From assembly GCA_964504255.1 (NCBI GenBank), contig CAZDDU010000002.1, positions 60,385 through 124,384 on the forward strand: a stretch of DNA of 64,000 nucleotides. The letters are read 5' to 3'. The notes under the pieces were generated by a model. The model was not told the origin of the DNA, did no database searches, and saw only the letters and a list, made by a program, of their open reading frames with translations. Numbering within the stretch: the first letter of the stretch is position 1; every line of letters starts with the position of its first letter. The position numbers and the translations under genes are program-made. Origin of the DNA: an uncultured Candidatus Saccharibacteria bacterium (GTDB lineage: Bacteria > Patescibacteriota > Minisyncoccia > Phycocordibacterales > Zambryskibacteraceae). Below, in pieces: positions 1 to 9,403 of the stretch.

Positions 1-119
1 GGCACGGCTGGCGTTGAGCCCTTGGGACCAAGAGCCAGAATCATGAACGCCACGAGGACCCCGATGATCACCAGAACGATCATGACCTCAACGAGGGCAT
101 AGCCTTTGCTGTTCTGCAC
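1..119 (-). CDS. Type IV pilin / pseudopilin N-terminal region. Partial: the gene runs off the window start.
   Basis: The reverse-strand translation from a GTG at 117-119 reads (M)QNSKG|YALVEVMIVLVIIGVLVAF... This is a class III (prepilin) signal: KG followed by an aromatic residue, Glu at +5 and a hydrophobic helix. A GGAG sits 5 nt upstream of the GTG. Confidence 0.6.
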   Translation of the reverse strand, partial: MQNSKGYALVEVMIVLVIIGVLVAFMILALGPKGSTPAV

Positions 120-159
120 CTGTACTCCGTTGTTAGTGTGTTTGGGAACTTCCCTACTT

Positions 160-188
160 ATAATAGCACAATAGACACCTAGTGTCAA
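160..188 (-). promoter_or_regulatory. Sigma70-like promoter for the pilin gene (TTGACA-17-TATTAT on the minus strand).
   Basis: The reverse complement of 183-188 is TTGACA. A 17-nt spacer follows. The reverse complement of 160-165 is TATTAT. It lies about 40 nt upstream of the GTG start. Confidence 0.4.
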
Positions 189-191
189 GTT

Positions 192-797
192 TTATTTTGT
201 TCTATGGAGAAGAGCATTCTTGAGAGTATCTGGGTCGAGATATTCGAGCTCACTTCCTGTAGAGAGGCCTCTACCCAACTCAGAGAATTTGAGGCCTAAG
301 TCCTTGAAGTGATCTTTGATAAATATCGCAGTGTTCTCTCCCTCTGCATTGGCATTCATAGCGAGTATTACTTCTTTCAATACTTCTTTATTGTTAATTA
401 TTCTCTTTTTCAATTCATCGAGTCTAATTCTCTTCTCTGGCTCTTTCTCTAGTATTGGTACAGATCCACCGAGGATGAAGTAGTATCCCTTGTAGCTCCC
501 GCTCTTCTCTATCGCGTCGAAGTCCGCATCACGAGGGACTATCAAGATAAGCGATTTGTCACGATGAGTGTCGCTACACACATTGCATACAGGTTTGTCA
601 GAACCGTTACGAGCAAAGTAGCGTTTGCACTCTGTGCATTGAAGGGTCTCCTGCTTCAACTTCTCCACAGCGCGGACGAAAGACTCAACGGTACTTTTGT
701 CCCGAGAAAGTAGGTAGTAGACGAATCTCTTGGCCTGTCTAGGACCAATACCGGGGAAGTGGGCAAATATCTCTGCTAGAGTGTCTATCGAATTCAT
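192..797 (-). CDS. recR: Recombination protein RecR.
   Basis: 201 aa. It has a C4 zinc finger (CTECKRY...CNVC), a Toprim segment (LILIVPRDADFDAIEKSG) and a RecR-type helix-hairpin-helix N-terminus. Confidence 0.9.
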   Translation of the reverse strand: MNSIDTLAEIFAHFPGIGPRQAKRFVYYLLSRDKSTVESFVRAVEKLKQETLQCTECKRYFARNGSDKPVCNVCSDTHRDKSLILIVPRDADFDAIEKSGSYKGYYFILGGSVPILEKEPEKRIRLDELKKRIINNKEVLKEVILAMNANAEGENTAIFIKDHFKDLGLKFSELGRGLSTGSELEYLDPDTLKNALLHRTK

Positions 798-812
798 TCG
801 GCTATTCTAGCA

Positions 813-2228
813 TTAGAAACTTTTGAATTCTTCTTCGGCTTTGCCGTAGTTAGAGTAGTCAATCTCAACGAAGGTGTTGTTACGAGTGTGGTAGTCGAGA
901 ACAACCTCGCCTAGAGGGCCGTTTCTGTGCTTCGCGATAATTAGGCTCTTCCTCTGCACTTCCTTCATCTTGCCGGATTCGTCTCGGATACCGTCTTCGT
1001 CGGCGTGGATAAACATCACTAAGTCGGCGTCTTGCTCGATAGAACCTGAGTCACGGAGGTCAGAGAGCTTAGGTTTGCCACCACGAGTTTCGACTGCGCG
1101 CGAGAGCTGGGATAGTGCGAGGACAGGAATCTGGAGCTCACGAGCCATGTGCTTCAAGCCTCTCGAGATCTCGGTAATCTGCTGGACCATGTTGTCACCG
1201 GCACGAGCGTTCGTAGGTGCCATGAGTTGGAGGTAGTCAACGACTAGTAGTTGGAGACCCTTCTCAATCTTTAGCTTCCTTGCTGCAGAGCGCATCTTCA
1301 TAATGGTGTTACCAGACTGATCATCGATGTATATAGGGGTACGAGAGAGGTCATCTAGAGCAGTAGAAATGTTTTTGAATATGTCGTCGCGCCAAGAGCC
1401 TTGTTGTGTGCGCACTCCCTTTCGAATAACAGATGCATCAACCTTAGACTGTGCAGACACAATACGGTCAACGAGCTGGTCGGCACTCATTTCGAGAGAG
1501 AAGATTCCAATAGGGGTCTGGTGGAGACTCGCTGTTCTTCTCGCGACATCGAGGGCGAAGGCCGTCTTACCCACAGATGGGCGAGCCGCGAGGATGATGA
1601 GGTCCGACTTCTGGAAGCCACCAAGAATATCGTCTAGGGACTTGAATCCCGTAGGTACTCCGCGAAGCTCGTGCTCGGCGGAAGAAAGTTTGTCGAATCT
1701 CTCGAATGCTTCTTGAAGGAGGGGAGTAAGGTCTTTGAAGTTCTCGGTAGAGGAGAAGTGCTGAGTGATGTCGAAGATTTTCTTCTCTGCTTGGTCAAGA
1801 ATATTCTCTAGCTCACCAGCTTCGTTGAAGCCGAGGTGCGAGATGTACTCAGACGCATCAATGAGCTCGCGCATCATGAACTTCTTCCTCACTATCTCTG
1901 CATAATGCTTGATGTTTGCAGAAGAGGGTACGGTGGTGGTGAGTTCAGTCAGGAAGCTTGCACCTCCGACTCTCTCGAGTAGCCCCTTCTCCTTAAGCTT
2001 CGAAGAAAGAGAGAGTATGTCTATTGGCTCACGCTTCGCGAAGAGCTCGAGCATGGCCTCGAATATGGTGCGGTGCTTCTCGAAGTAGAAGGATGCAGGA
2101 CTCGAGATATCCATGATCTCGTAGATGGCGTCAGGCCTGAGCATGACAGAACCGAGGAGAGCCATCTCAGCTTCTAGGTTGTGTGGAGGGACGCGAATCT
2201 TCAAACTCGCTAACGGTGATTCTTGCAT
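813..2228 (-). CDS. dnaB: Replicative DNA helicase DnaB.
   Basis: 471 aa. The N-terminus reads PHNLEAEMALLGS. Walker A is GKT. The RecA-like C-terminus reads LSDLRDSGSIEQDADLVMFIH. Confidence 0.9.
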   Translation of the reverse strand: MQESPLASLKIRVPPHNLEAEMALLGSVMLRPDAIYEIMDISSPASFYFEKHRTIFEAMLELFAKREPIDILSLSSKLKEKGLLERVGGASFLTELTTTVPSSANIKHYAEIVRKKFMMRELIDASEYISHLGFNEAGELENILDQAEKKIFDITQHFSSTENFKDLTPLLQEAFERFDKLSSAEHELRGVPTGFKSLDDILGGFQKSDLIILAARPSVGKTAFALDVARRTASLHQTPIGIFSLEMSADQLVDRIVSAQSKVDASVIRKGVRTQQGSWRDDIFKNISTALDDLSRTPIYIDDQSGNTIMKMRSAARKLKIEKGLQLLVVDYLQLMAPTNARAGDNMVQQITEISRGLKHMARELQIPVLALSQLSRAVETRGGKPKLSDLRDSGSIEQDADLVMFIHADEDGIRDESGKMKEVQRKSLIIAKHRNGPLGEVVLDYHTRNNTFVEIDYSNYGKAEEEFKSF

Positions 2229-2296
2229 GTGTGTATTCTACCCCTTCTACTATCTCTAGGTAAACGCCTCAAAAGTGGAGAAGCGGTGCGTAAGAT

Positions 2297-2776
2297 GTGT
2301 ATAATTATGAGATGACAGGAATCCATGAAAATATGTTAAATAGCATTACATCAGAATACCCAACAGAGGTAGAAAAGATGAAGGGATACGAGAAGCTAAA
2401 GCCAGAGATATCGAAGGCAGAACTACAGGCTCTTTGCGAGGGGGACGAAGGACTAACTGAACTCTTCGACGACATGATTGAGTATTTCTACAGATATACA
2501 GCAGATGTTTGTGCTCAAGAGAGTTTAAAGCAGGAAAAAGATGGAATTCAAAAGAATATGGAGGAGATACGTGCCCTTGAGGCGCCAAGAGGTGCCCTAC
2601 ATGACGCAATGATTGATTCGGTAAAGATACTGGTCAGAAATATGGTTAGAAAAGGAAAGGATGTGAGTTGGTATCAAAATATTGACAAAAAGGGTCGTAT
2701 AGGTTATGGTAATTGGGCTCTTTTGATCACTTTCTCAGATATTCTCGAACGAAACCAGAGCCAGGAGTCCCAGTGA
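2297..2776 (+). CDS. Hypothetical protein, the first gene of a coupled three-gene operon. The start may be the ATG at 2312.
   Basis: An ORF of 159 aa. A TATAAT sits at 2300-2305 inside the annotated N-terminus, which suggests the real start is at 2312 (MTGIHENML). Its stop, TGA, overlaps the GTG of the next ORF as GTGA. Confidence 0.5.
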   Translation: MYNYEMTGIHENMLNSITSEYPTEVEKMKGYEKLKPEISKAELQALCEGDEGLTELFDDMIEYFYRYTADVCAQESLKQEKDGIQKNMEEIRALEAPRGALHDAMIDSVKILVRNMVRKGKDVSWYQNIDKKGRIGYGNWALLITFSDILERNQSQESQ

Positions 2777-2961
2777 CGCAGGAGAAGCTCGATCGTAGGG
2801 CTGTGATCCTGCATTATGCAGGGATTGCGGCCAAGGAGATGCTTGAGAAGAATCTGGTGAAGCGCGCAGACATCAAATCTGAAAGGAAGGAGATAGAGGA
2901 GTCGCTCAAGATGACTCCTGAAGAAATCCTTTTCGAGGCGACGAACCTGACGCAAAGGTGA
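2773..2961 (+). CDS. Small acidic/helical hypothetical protein. The ORF track shows it as 2713-2961 with a TTG start; a GTG at 2773 overlapping the upstream stop is more likely.
   Basis: A GTGA overlap with the upstream stop. Its own TGA stop overlaps the GTG/ATG start of the 901-aa gene, again as GTGA. That is translational coupling on both sides. Confidence 0.4.
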   Translation: MTQEKLDRRAVILHYAGIAAKEMLEKNLVKRADIKSERKEIEESLKMTPEEILFEATNLTQR

Positions 2962-5663
2962 TGTATGGGCTCTCCGATATTCGGGGAGCCTATTTCTTTG
3001 ATATAATTTTGAACATGTCAGAAACAATTCGTTTTAATACTGTAGAGGAAGAGCTTTCCTACCTTCGCTCGAAGGTAGAGTCGTATAAGGAGAATCCACT
3101 TGAGGTTAAGCGTACTATTTTAAACACTCACCAAGAGCTCCCAGTGCAAGCGAGGAACACCCAAGATGTTAAACAGAGCTTAGATACTTTCTCAAACAAG
3201 CCCGCAGACTCGCAGCTGGACCACATGATGGATGTAAGCCGGACTAAGGGTGTGATGCATGCACTCTCTGTAGCGGAGAAGCTCGAGGATTGGAAGCATG
3301 AAGACGACTTCCATGACTACCTAGTCGAGCTGGTTCGTGGCGGCTTCAGGCCAAGAGATGTGAAGGAGAGTGGGCCTATGTATCGCGCACTCAATATGAC
3401 CCTCTTTGAGATACAAATGCCGGACACAGGTACCGACGGCACGAAGGATAGAGACTTGAAGTCGGTCATCTCCTCGATGGAGCAGTTCTATGCTGGGATG
3501 ATCTCGGTGTCCGAGGAGGCTACAAGAGGTAAGAACTATTTTGTACTTGAAGTGGCCAATAGCGAGGGGAGTGAGGAAGCCAACTTTTTCGTCTCGGTAC
3601 CGAATGAGAAGAGGGACTTATTCGAGAAGCATCTTAGATCCGTATTTCCTAATGTGAGACTAGTAGAGAGGAGTAGGGATTACAACATCTTCTCCGAGCA
3701 CGCTGTCACCGCCGGAGCTGTAGCAGAGCTGAATCAACCTAGTGCGTACCCGCTCAAAACCTATGAGGAGTTTGACCATGACCCACTGAGCTCGCTCCTA
3801 CAATCTTTTTCGAAGATTCCTAGAGACGGCTCAGGTGCAGCGCTGCAAATAATATTTAACCCACAAGGAGATGCTTATACCAAGAAGTATACCTTCGCGA
3901 AGAAGCGAATAGAGAAGGGTCATAGAGCAGGGGACATCTTGGCCGAAAGGTCTTTAATGGGCGAGTTTGTGCACGGACTGTCAGAACTCTTCGGTGGTAG
4001 GAAAATTGACGCGACCAAGGTAGATGCAGAGGCGCTCAAGAATATTGATAAGAAGCTCATGAGCCCTATTGTGGCGACAAGTATTCGCATCGCTGTCTCG
4101 GCACAAAATGAGAAGGAGGCTAAAAGTATTGTGTCGAGCATTGCGTCCTCCTTCAACCAGTTTGAATTGCCAAATGTAAATAGGCTTAATTGGCGCGAGG
4201 CCAAGGGCAAGAAGTTCTACAGGAACTTCACCTTCCGACTTTGGGATGATACGGAGATAATGCCACTTAACCTGAAGGAGCTCACAGGACTACTCCACTT
4301 CCATACCACCTCACTCTCATCTAGTGCTCAACTCAAAACCTCTAAGTCTTCAGAAGCTCAGGCACCCCTCTCAATGTCCTCAGGTGGTACAGTGCTCGGT
4401 ACAAACCACTTCCAAGGACACGATAGAACTGTACACATCAGTTACGAAGATAGGCTGCGTCACATATACACTATTGGTCAGACAGGCACCGGTAAGTCGA
4501 CTCTGCTTAAGAATATTATTATCCAAGACATCAAGGCAGGGAATGGCGTATGTATGATCGATCCGCACGGTCAAGATGTGCAGGATGTCCTTGCTAGCAT
4601 CCCTAGAGAGAGGATGGACGATGTGATCTACTTCGACCCAGCATCGACAGATAGACCAATGGCCCTAAACATGCTCGAGTACGATAATGACAAGCCAGAG
4701 CAGAAGACCTTCGTGGTGAACGAACTTTTCAGCATCTTCCAGAAGCTCTATGGCAAGGTGCCAGAGAGTATGGGACCAATGTTCGAACAGTACTTCAGGA
4801 ATGCGACTATGCTAGTTATCGACGACCCATCTAGTGGCTCGACCTTGCTCGATGTATCAAGAGTACTCTCTAATAAGGAGTTTCGAACTATGAAGCTAGA
4901 GAAGTGTACTAACCCAGTAGTTCTACAATTCTGGCGTGAAGTAGCGGATAAGGCTGGTGGAGAAGCGGCGCTAGCTAATATCGTGCCTTACATCACCTCG
5001 AAGTTTGACGTCTTCCTAGCGAACGACATCATGCGTCCGATCATTGCTCAGGAAAAATCCTCAATAAACTTCCGAGAGATAATGGATAGTAGGAAGATCT
5101 TGCTTGTTAACTTGTCGAAGGGGAGACTTGGTGATGTGAATGCTAATTTGATTGGTCTCATCCTCGTTGGAAAGATTCTTATGGCGGCACTTTCAAGGTC
5201 TGGTTCTACGGGCTTCCCACCCTTCTACCTACACATAGACGAGTTCCAGAATATTACTACCGACTCTATCGCGACCATTCTCTCTGAGGCTCGCAAATAT
5301 AAGCTCTCTCTCACTGTTGCGCACCAGTTCATCGCTCAGCTGGAGGAGAATATTAAGAACGCAGTCTTCGGCAACGTTGGATCTATCATTGCCTTCCGAG
5401 TAGGAGCAGACGATGCAGAGTACTTAGAGAAACAGTTTACCCCAGTCTTCTCCGCCAAGGACCTTATGAATATTGATAACAGAAATGCGTTCTTGAAGTT
5501 ACTCGTTGATGGCAGACCAGAGAAGCCATTCTCCATGGAGACTCTTGCTCCTAGTGAGGGCAACAGAGAATTGATAGATATCTTGAGTGAAAGGACCAAG
5601 CTGAAGTACGGCAGAAATAGGGAAGAGGTGGAGAAAGAAATCCTTGCCAAATACGGCGCTTAA
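2958..5663 (+). CDS. Large soluble P-loop NTPase. The C-terminal half is VirD4/TraG/TrwB-like (FtsK-HerA superfamily, coupling-protein-like). The N-terminal 450 aa have no recognisable domain.
   Basis: 901 aa. Walker A is GQTGTGKST. A CMIDPHGQD motif follows, resembling the DPKGE motif of VirD4/TraG. Walker B and the region that follows read YLHIDEFQNIT...LTVAHQ, like the TraG-D_C DEF.N region. No TM helices are predicted. Confidence 0.6.
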   Translation: MMYGLSDIRGAYFFDIILNMSETIRFNTVEEELSYLRSKVESYKENPLEVKRTILNTHQELPVQARNTQDVKQSLDTFSNKPADSQLDHMMDVSRTKGVMHALSVAEKLEDWKHEDDFHDYLVELVRGGFRPRDVKESGPMYRALNMTLFEIQMPDTGTDGTKDRDLKSVISSMEQFYAGMISVSEEATRGKNYFVLEVANSEGSEEANFFVSVPNEKRDLFEKHLRSVFPNVRLVERSRDYNIFSEHAVTAGAVAELNQPSAYPLKTYEEFDHDPLSSLLQSFSKIPRDGSGAALQIIFNPQGDAYTKKYTFAKKRIEKGHRAGDILAERSLMGEFVHGLSELFGGRKIDATKVDAEALKNIDKKLMSPIVATSIRIAVSAQNEKEAKSIVSSIASSFNQFELPNVNRLNWREAKGKKFYRNFTFRLWDDTEIMPLNLKELTGLLHFHTTSLSSSAQLKTSKSSEAQAPLSMSSGGTVLGTNHFQGHDRTVHISYEDRLRHIYTIGQTGTGKSTLLKNIIIQDIKAGNGVCMIDPHGQDVQDVLASIPRERMDDVIYFDPASTDRPMALNMLEYDNDKPEQKTFVVNELFSIFQKLYGKVPESMGPMFEQYFRNATMLVIDDPSSGSTLLDVSRVLSNKEFRTMKLEKCTNPVVLQFWREVADKAGGEAALANIVPYITSKFDVFLANDIMRPIIAQEKSSINFREIMDSRKILLVNLSKGRLGDVNANLIGLILVGKILMAALSRSGSTGFPPFYLHIDEFQNITTDSIATILSEARKYKLSLTVAHQFIAQLEENIKNAVFGNVGSIIAFRVGADDAEYLEKQFTPVFSAKDLMNIDNRNAFLKLLVDGRPEKPFSMETLAPSEGNRELIDILSERTKLKYGRNREEVEKEILAKYGA

Positions 5664-5757
5664 ACTTAGCTCCCTTTGTGCTTGACAAACAAAGTATTCT
5701 ATGCTACCTTGAAAAAAGATAGCACCTCACTCGCGTACTCGTCTCGGAGTCAATCGT

Positions 5758-5961
5758 ATGTCCAAGACCACCCAAATTGTCACCTGTTCGATCCTGCTTG
5801 GTCTCAGTCTTGTTCTGGTAGGTGTCGTAGCTTTCTCGGATACGTTGGACCACTATCGACACATTGGGCTGATTTTCTTCGGCAGTATCTGCGCGGGAGC
5901 GATCTCCGCGGTTCAACTCAGAATCCTCATCGAGGATCCAAACGATAACTGTGTCGAGTAG
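5758..5961 (+). CDS. Small two-TM membrane protein.
   Basis: 67 aa with two hydrophobic helices. A GGAG lies 8 nt upstream of the ATG. It sits 95 nt downstream of the large ATPase. Confidence 0.45.
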   Translation: MSKTTQIVTCSILLGLSLVLVGVVAFSDTLDHYRHIGLIFFGSICAGAISAVQLRILIEDPNDNCVE

Positions 5962-5974
5962 TCAAGAAGTAACG

Positions 5975-6020
5975 CCCCGTGGGTGCACGACGAAAGTCTT
6001 GCATTCGCGGGGCTTTCTAT
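5975..6020. terminator. GC stem with a long loop and a T-run, between convergent genes.
   Basis: GCCCCG...CGGGGC followed by TTTCTATTT. It lies between the 67-aa gene (plus strand) and the cysS end (minus strand). Confidence 0.3.
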
Positions 6021-7409
6021 TTACACCTTTGAAATTTTTGTACCCATAACTGTGTCCTCAATTTTATATCCCAAGTTGTTTATTTTTGAGCGAAGTTCAT
6101 CAGATTCTGCAAAATTTTTGGTATTTTTTGCTTCAATGTATTGGTTGAGTAGTTGATTTATCTCGTCAGATAGATATTCTGATACTTTCATGTCATCTGC
6201 AAGGTTTAAGCCAAGTACTTTATCAAAATTTAAAATAGTGTTTTGCTTAACGTCATCATTCATTGATTCTTCTTTGACAAGTTGCCACAAAACCGATAAT
6301 GCTTCTGGGGTATTTAGGTCATTTTCAATAGCAATTGTGAATTCATCCATATAACTATTTGATATTTCATTAGATCTGATTTGACCACCATTTATAAAAA
6401 CTTTTCTACTCATGAAACTTCTTAGTTTTGAGTAAGCATTTTCGGCAGCTTCTAGTGCCTCCCAAGAGAAGTTAGTTGGAGTGCGGTAGTGGGAGAGAAG
6501 GAGGAAGTAGCGATAGGCGAGAGGAGAGAAGCCTTTCTCTACAATGTCTTTAAGCTTGATGATGTTACCATCACTCTTGGCCATCTTGGAGCCGTCGAGT
6601 ATGACGAACTCGTTGTGGAGCCAAACGCGAGCAAACTCACATCCACATGCTGCCTCGCTCTGTGCTATCTCGTTGTTGTGATGTATTGGAGCGAGGTCGG
6701 TGCCACCAGTGTGGATGTCGAAGGTTTTGCCTAAATACTTTTGACTCATAGCAGAGCACTCTATATGCCAACCGGGGAAGCCGTGACCCCAAGGAGCTTC
6801 GTACCCAAGTTCGGTATTAAATTTCCAAAGAGAGAAGTCTCTTTGATTTCTTTTCTCACTTTTCTCTCCGATTCTCGACTCAGTAGTGCCGCCGATACCA
6901 CCAAGCTTCCCATAATGTGGATCCTTAGATGTATCAAAGTAAAGTCCATCAGAAGTTGCGTAAACAAAACCCTTCTCGTCCAAAGTCTTAATAAGCTCAA
7001 CGTCCTCCTTGATGTGCTCTGACGCCTTGGGTAAGTGGTGTGGCGGGAGGATGTTTAAACTGAGTGTATCCCCCTTGAACCTCTCTGTGTAAAAGTCTGC
7101 AAGCTCTTGCATGGCCTCCATGGTCAAGGATTTGCCCTCTCGCTTAAGAGCCTTGGTCATCTTGTCTTCACCATCATCACCGTCGCCTGAGAGATGACCA
7201 ATGTCGGTGATGTTTATCACCTGGGTCACTTTGAGGTTAGTGTACTCGAAGTATCGCCTCACTAGGTCGGCTAGGATAAATGAGCGGAGGTTACCAATGT
7301 GCACAAAGTCGTATACTGTGGGGCCACAATGATACATCTTAACCTCACCATCATTAAGAGGTACGAATGGCTCGACCTTGTTGGTAAGCGAATTATGGAA
7401 GGAAATCAT
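6021..7409 (-). CDS. cysS: Cysteine--tRNA ligase.
   Basis: A HIGH-type motif (HIGNLRSF) and a KMSKS-type motif (KMAKSDGN). The N-terminus ISFHNSLTNKVEPFVPLNDGEVKMYHCG aligns with the CysS N-terminus. The start is chosen at M18 of the ORF (ATG at 7409); the ORF itself extends to 7460. Confidence 0.88.
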   Translation of the reverse strand: MISFHNSLTNKVEPFVPLNDGEVKMYHCGPTVYDFVHIGNLRSFILADLVRRYFEYTNLKVTQVINITDIGHLSGDGDDGEDKMTKALKREGKSLTMEAMQELADFYTERFKGDTLSLNILPPHHLPKASEHIKEDVELIKTLDEKGFVYATSDGLYFDTSKDPHYGKLGGIGGTTESRIGEKSEKRNQRDFSLWKFNTELGYEAPWGHGFPGWHIECSAMSQKYLGKTFDIHTGGTDLAPIHHNNEIAQSEAACGCEFARVWLHNEFVILDGSKMAKSDGNIIKLKDIVEKGFSPLAYRYFLLLSHYRTPTNFSWEALEAAENAYSKLRSFMSRKVFINGGQIRSNEISNSYMDEFTIAIENDLNTPEALSVLWQLVKEESMNDDVKQNTILNFDKVLGLNLADDMKVSEYLSDEINQLLNQYIEAKNTKNFAESDELRSKINNLGYKIEDTVMGTKISKV

Positions 7410-7446
7410 TATTGCTAGTATAATAGTCAGAATGGATTTAGGAAAG

Positions 7447-8664
7447 ATGTCACGACCCACTATAGTAGCTTTCGTATTAGTTGCCTTGCTCTCCTTTCAA
7501 GTTGGTTACAAGCGGGGAGAGAGCGTAACTCTCATTAGTAATGTAAAGAGTGGACTAGCTAATATTGAAGATGGTCAGCCAACGACTGTAGACTTCGCGC
7601 CCTTCTGGAAGGCGTGGTCGATAGTTAATAAGGACTTCGTGCCCACAGGCACCTCTACGAAGATTGCGACAGATCAAGATAAGGTATGGGGCGCTATAGA
7701 GGGCATGGTCGCATCACTCGACGATCCTTATACAGTCTTCTTCCCACCAGTGGAGTCGAAGCAATTTGCGTCGGACATCAAAGGTAGCTTCAGTGGTGTG
7801 GGTATGGAGGTTGGCCAGGAAGATGGGATCATCACTGTTATCTCACCACTCAAGGGCTCTCCTGCAGAGGCTGCAGGACTTCGACCTGGGGATAAGATTC
7901 TTAAGGTTGATGACAAGGATGTGACCAAACTGACTGTTGAGGAAGCAGTAACTTACATCAGAGGTCCTGAAGGTACGACTGTAACTATCAATGTCTTTAG
8001 ACAGGGCAAGACTGCGCCGTTCGATATCAAGGTGGTAAGACAGATCATCAATGTCCCAGTTATTAATACTGAAGAGCTTGATGGGGGGATATTTAGAATC
8101 TCACTATACAGCTTCACTGAAAACTCTGCGGTGCTCTTCCGCTCAGCACTCCGCGAATTCATCGAGTCTGACAGTGACAAACTACTTCTGGATCTACGAG
8201 GTAACCCAGGTGGGTACCTAGAGACCGCAGTTGATATGGCATCTTGGTTCCTGCCATCTGGAACTCCAGTTATTCGTGAGGATAAGGGAGAGGGCAAGGA
8301 GGAGAATGTCTATCGCTCTAAGGGTTATGACATATTCAACAATGGTCTCAAGATGGCGATATTGGTCGACGCTGGTTCTGCATCTGCGTCAGAGATCCTT
8401 GCTGGCGCACTCTCTGAACACGGCATAGCGACTCTCATAGGCGACACCACCTTCGGTAAGGGGTCAGTACAAGAGCTCTTGCCAGTAACCAAGGACACAT
8501 CTATCAAGGTCACTATCGCTCGTTGGCTTACTCCAAACGGTAACTCAATATCAAAGCAGGGTATAACACCAAAGATCATTATCAAGAGAACTGAGGAGGA
8601 TATTAAGTCTGGTCGAGATAGGCAACTCGAGCGCGCAGTTGAATTCCTAAAGACTGGGAAGTGA
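7447..8664 (+). CDS. Carboxyl-terminal processing (S41, tail-specific) protease with a PDZ domain.
   Basis: A signal/anchor sequence (MSRPTIVAFVLVALLSF). A PDZ segment reads GIITVISPLKGSPAEAAGL. The S41 catalytic region reads DLRGNPGGYL...SASASEILAGA. The ORF track starts at 7378; the ATG at 7447 has an AGGAAAG upstream. Confidence 0.85.
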   Translation: MSRPTIVAFVLVALLSFQVGYKRGESVTLISNVKSGLANIEDGQPTTVDFAPFWKAWSIVNKDFVPTGTSTKIATDQDKVWGAIEGMVASLDDPYTVFFPPVESKQFASDIKGSFSGVGMEVGQEDGIITVISPLKGSPAEAAGLRPGDKILKVDDKDVTKLTVEEAVTYIRGPEGTTVTINVFRQGKTAPFDIKVVRQIINVPVINTEELDGGIFRISLYSFTENSAVLFRSALREFIESDSDKLLLDLRGNPGGYLETAVDMASWFLPSGTPVIREDKGEGKEENVYRSKGYDIFNNGLKMAILVDAGSASASEILAGALSEHGIATLIGDTTFGKGSVQELLPVTKDTSIKVTIARWLTPNGNSISKQGITPKIIIKRTEEDIKSGRDRQLERAVEFLKTGK

Positions 8665-8693
8665 TTCGACAAGCTCATCATAAATAGAACAAA

Positions 8694-9134
8694 ATGAAAG
8701 TAATCTTACTCAAAGATATTAAGGGGGTGGGGAAGAGGTATGAGGAGAAGAATGTTAGTGACGGCTACGCCGAGAACTTCTTAATACCCAAGAAGTTGGC
8801 CATACCAGCTACAGGTAGTGCAGCAGCTAATATCAAGAATTTGAAAGAGAATGATACCAAGCACCGAGAGGCTGATGAGAAGAAGTTAGAGGCAGAGATT
8901 CAGAAGCTCACCAACACTACAGTCGAGGTGAAGGCTAGAGCTAACGAGAAGAACAGCCTCTTCGCAGCACTCACAGCTCCGAGGATCTCAAAACTACTTA
9001 TGGAGAAGGGGATAGAGGTAAGTGCACAAAGTATCTTGGTTGATAGTGGTATTAAGGAGTTAGGTACTCACAATATAAAGGTGAAAGTAGGATCCAAAGA
9101 AACTCACTTCGTGCTTGTTGTTAAGGGAGAATAA
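8694..9134 (+). CDS. rplI: Ribosomal protein L9.
   Basis: [36 protein letters not shown] matches the bL9 N-domain. 146 aa. Confidence 0.9.
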   Translation: MKVILLKDIKGVGKRYEEKNVSDGYAENFLIPKKLAIPATGSAAANIKNLKENDTKHREADEKKLEAEIQKLTNTTVEVKARANEKNSLFAALTAPRISKLLMEKGIEVSAQSILVDSGIKELGTHNIKVKVGSKETHFVLVVKGE

Positions 9135-9142
9135 AAGAAAAT

Positions 9143-9172
9143 AGCCACCCAATCGAACTGGTGTGGCTATCA
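9143..9172 (-). terminator. Rho-independent terminator for the minus-strand 77-aa gene.
   Basis: ATAGCCAC...GTGGCTAT is an 8-bp stem. On the minus strand it is followed by TTTTCTTTTATTC. Confidence 0.5.
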
Positions 9173-9403
9173 GATGAGGCGCTGGCTCGAAGTCCTTTTT
9201 CCCTTTTTCGGACAGGTCGGGCAACTGAGCCAGAACATCCCCAGGGCATGAAGCTCGTCATTCATGTCCTCGATCACCATCACGCTTCTGCAGCACTTGC
9301 AGAGAGCCGGCTTCCGTTTGATCTCCTCACGCGAGGTGTTGACCGAGACATTCGGTACTCCACAAAGACCGCGAGAGTGATCGACCTTCGTTTTTGTGCT
9401 CAT
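9170..9403 (-). CDS. Small Cys-rich hypothetical protein (8 Cys; CKCC...CPTC).
   Basis: 77 aa. GAGGAG lies 6 nt upstream of the ATG. A TTGACT-17-TATTTT promoter lies upstream, and a terminator lies immediately downstream. The opposite-strand ORF 9161-9463 is low-complexity and I rejected it. Confidence 0.5.
   Translation of the reverse strand: MSTKTKVDHSRGLCGVPNVSVNTSREEIKRKPALCKCCRSVMVIEDMNDELHALGMFWLSCPTCPKKGKRTSSQRLI

Noticed and set aside
970-1716. Plus-strand ORFs (88, 129 and 78 aa) inside dnaB.
   Set aside because: They are antisense to a strongly conserved dnaB reading frame and have biased Arg/Ser composition.
2713-2772. The TTG start at 2713 for the second operon gene (the ORF-track start).
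   Set aside because: A GTG at 2773 overlaps the upstream TGA stop (GTGA), the same coupling pattern as the next junction. The 20 extra codons would overlap the upstream gene in another frame.
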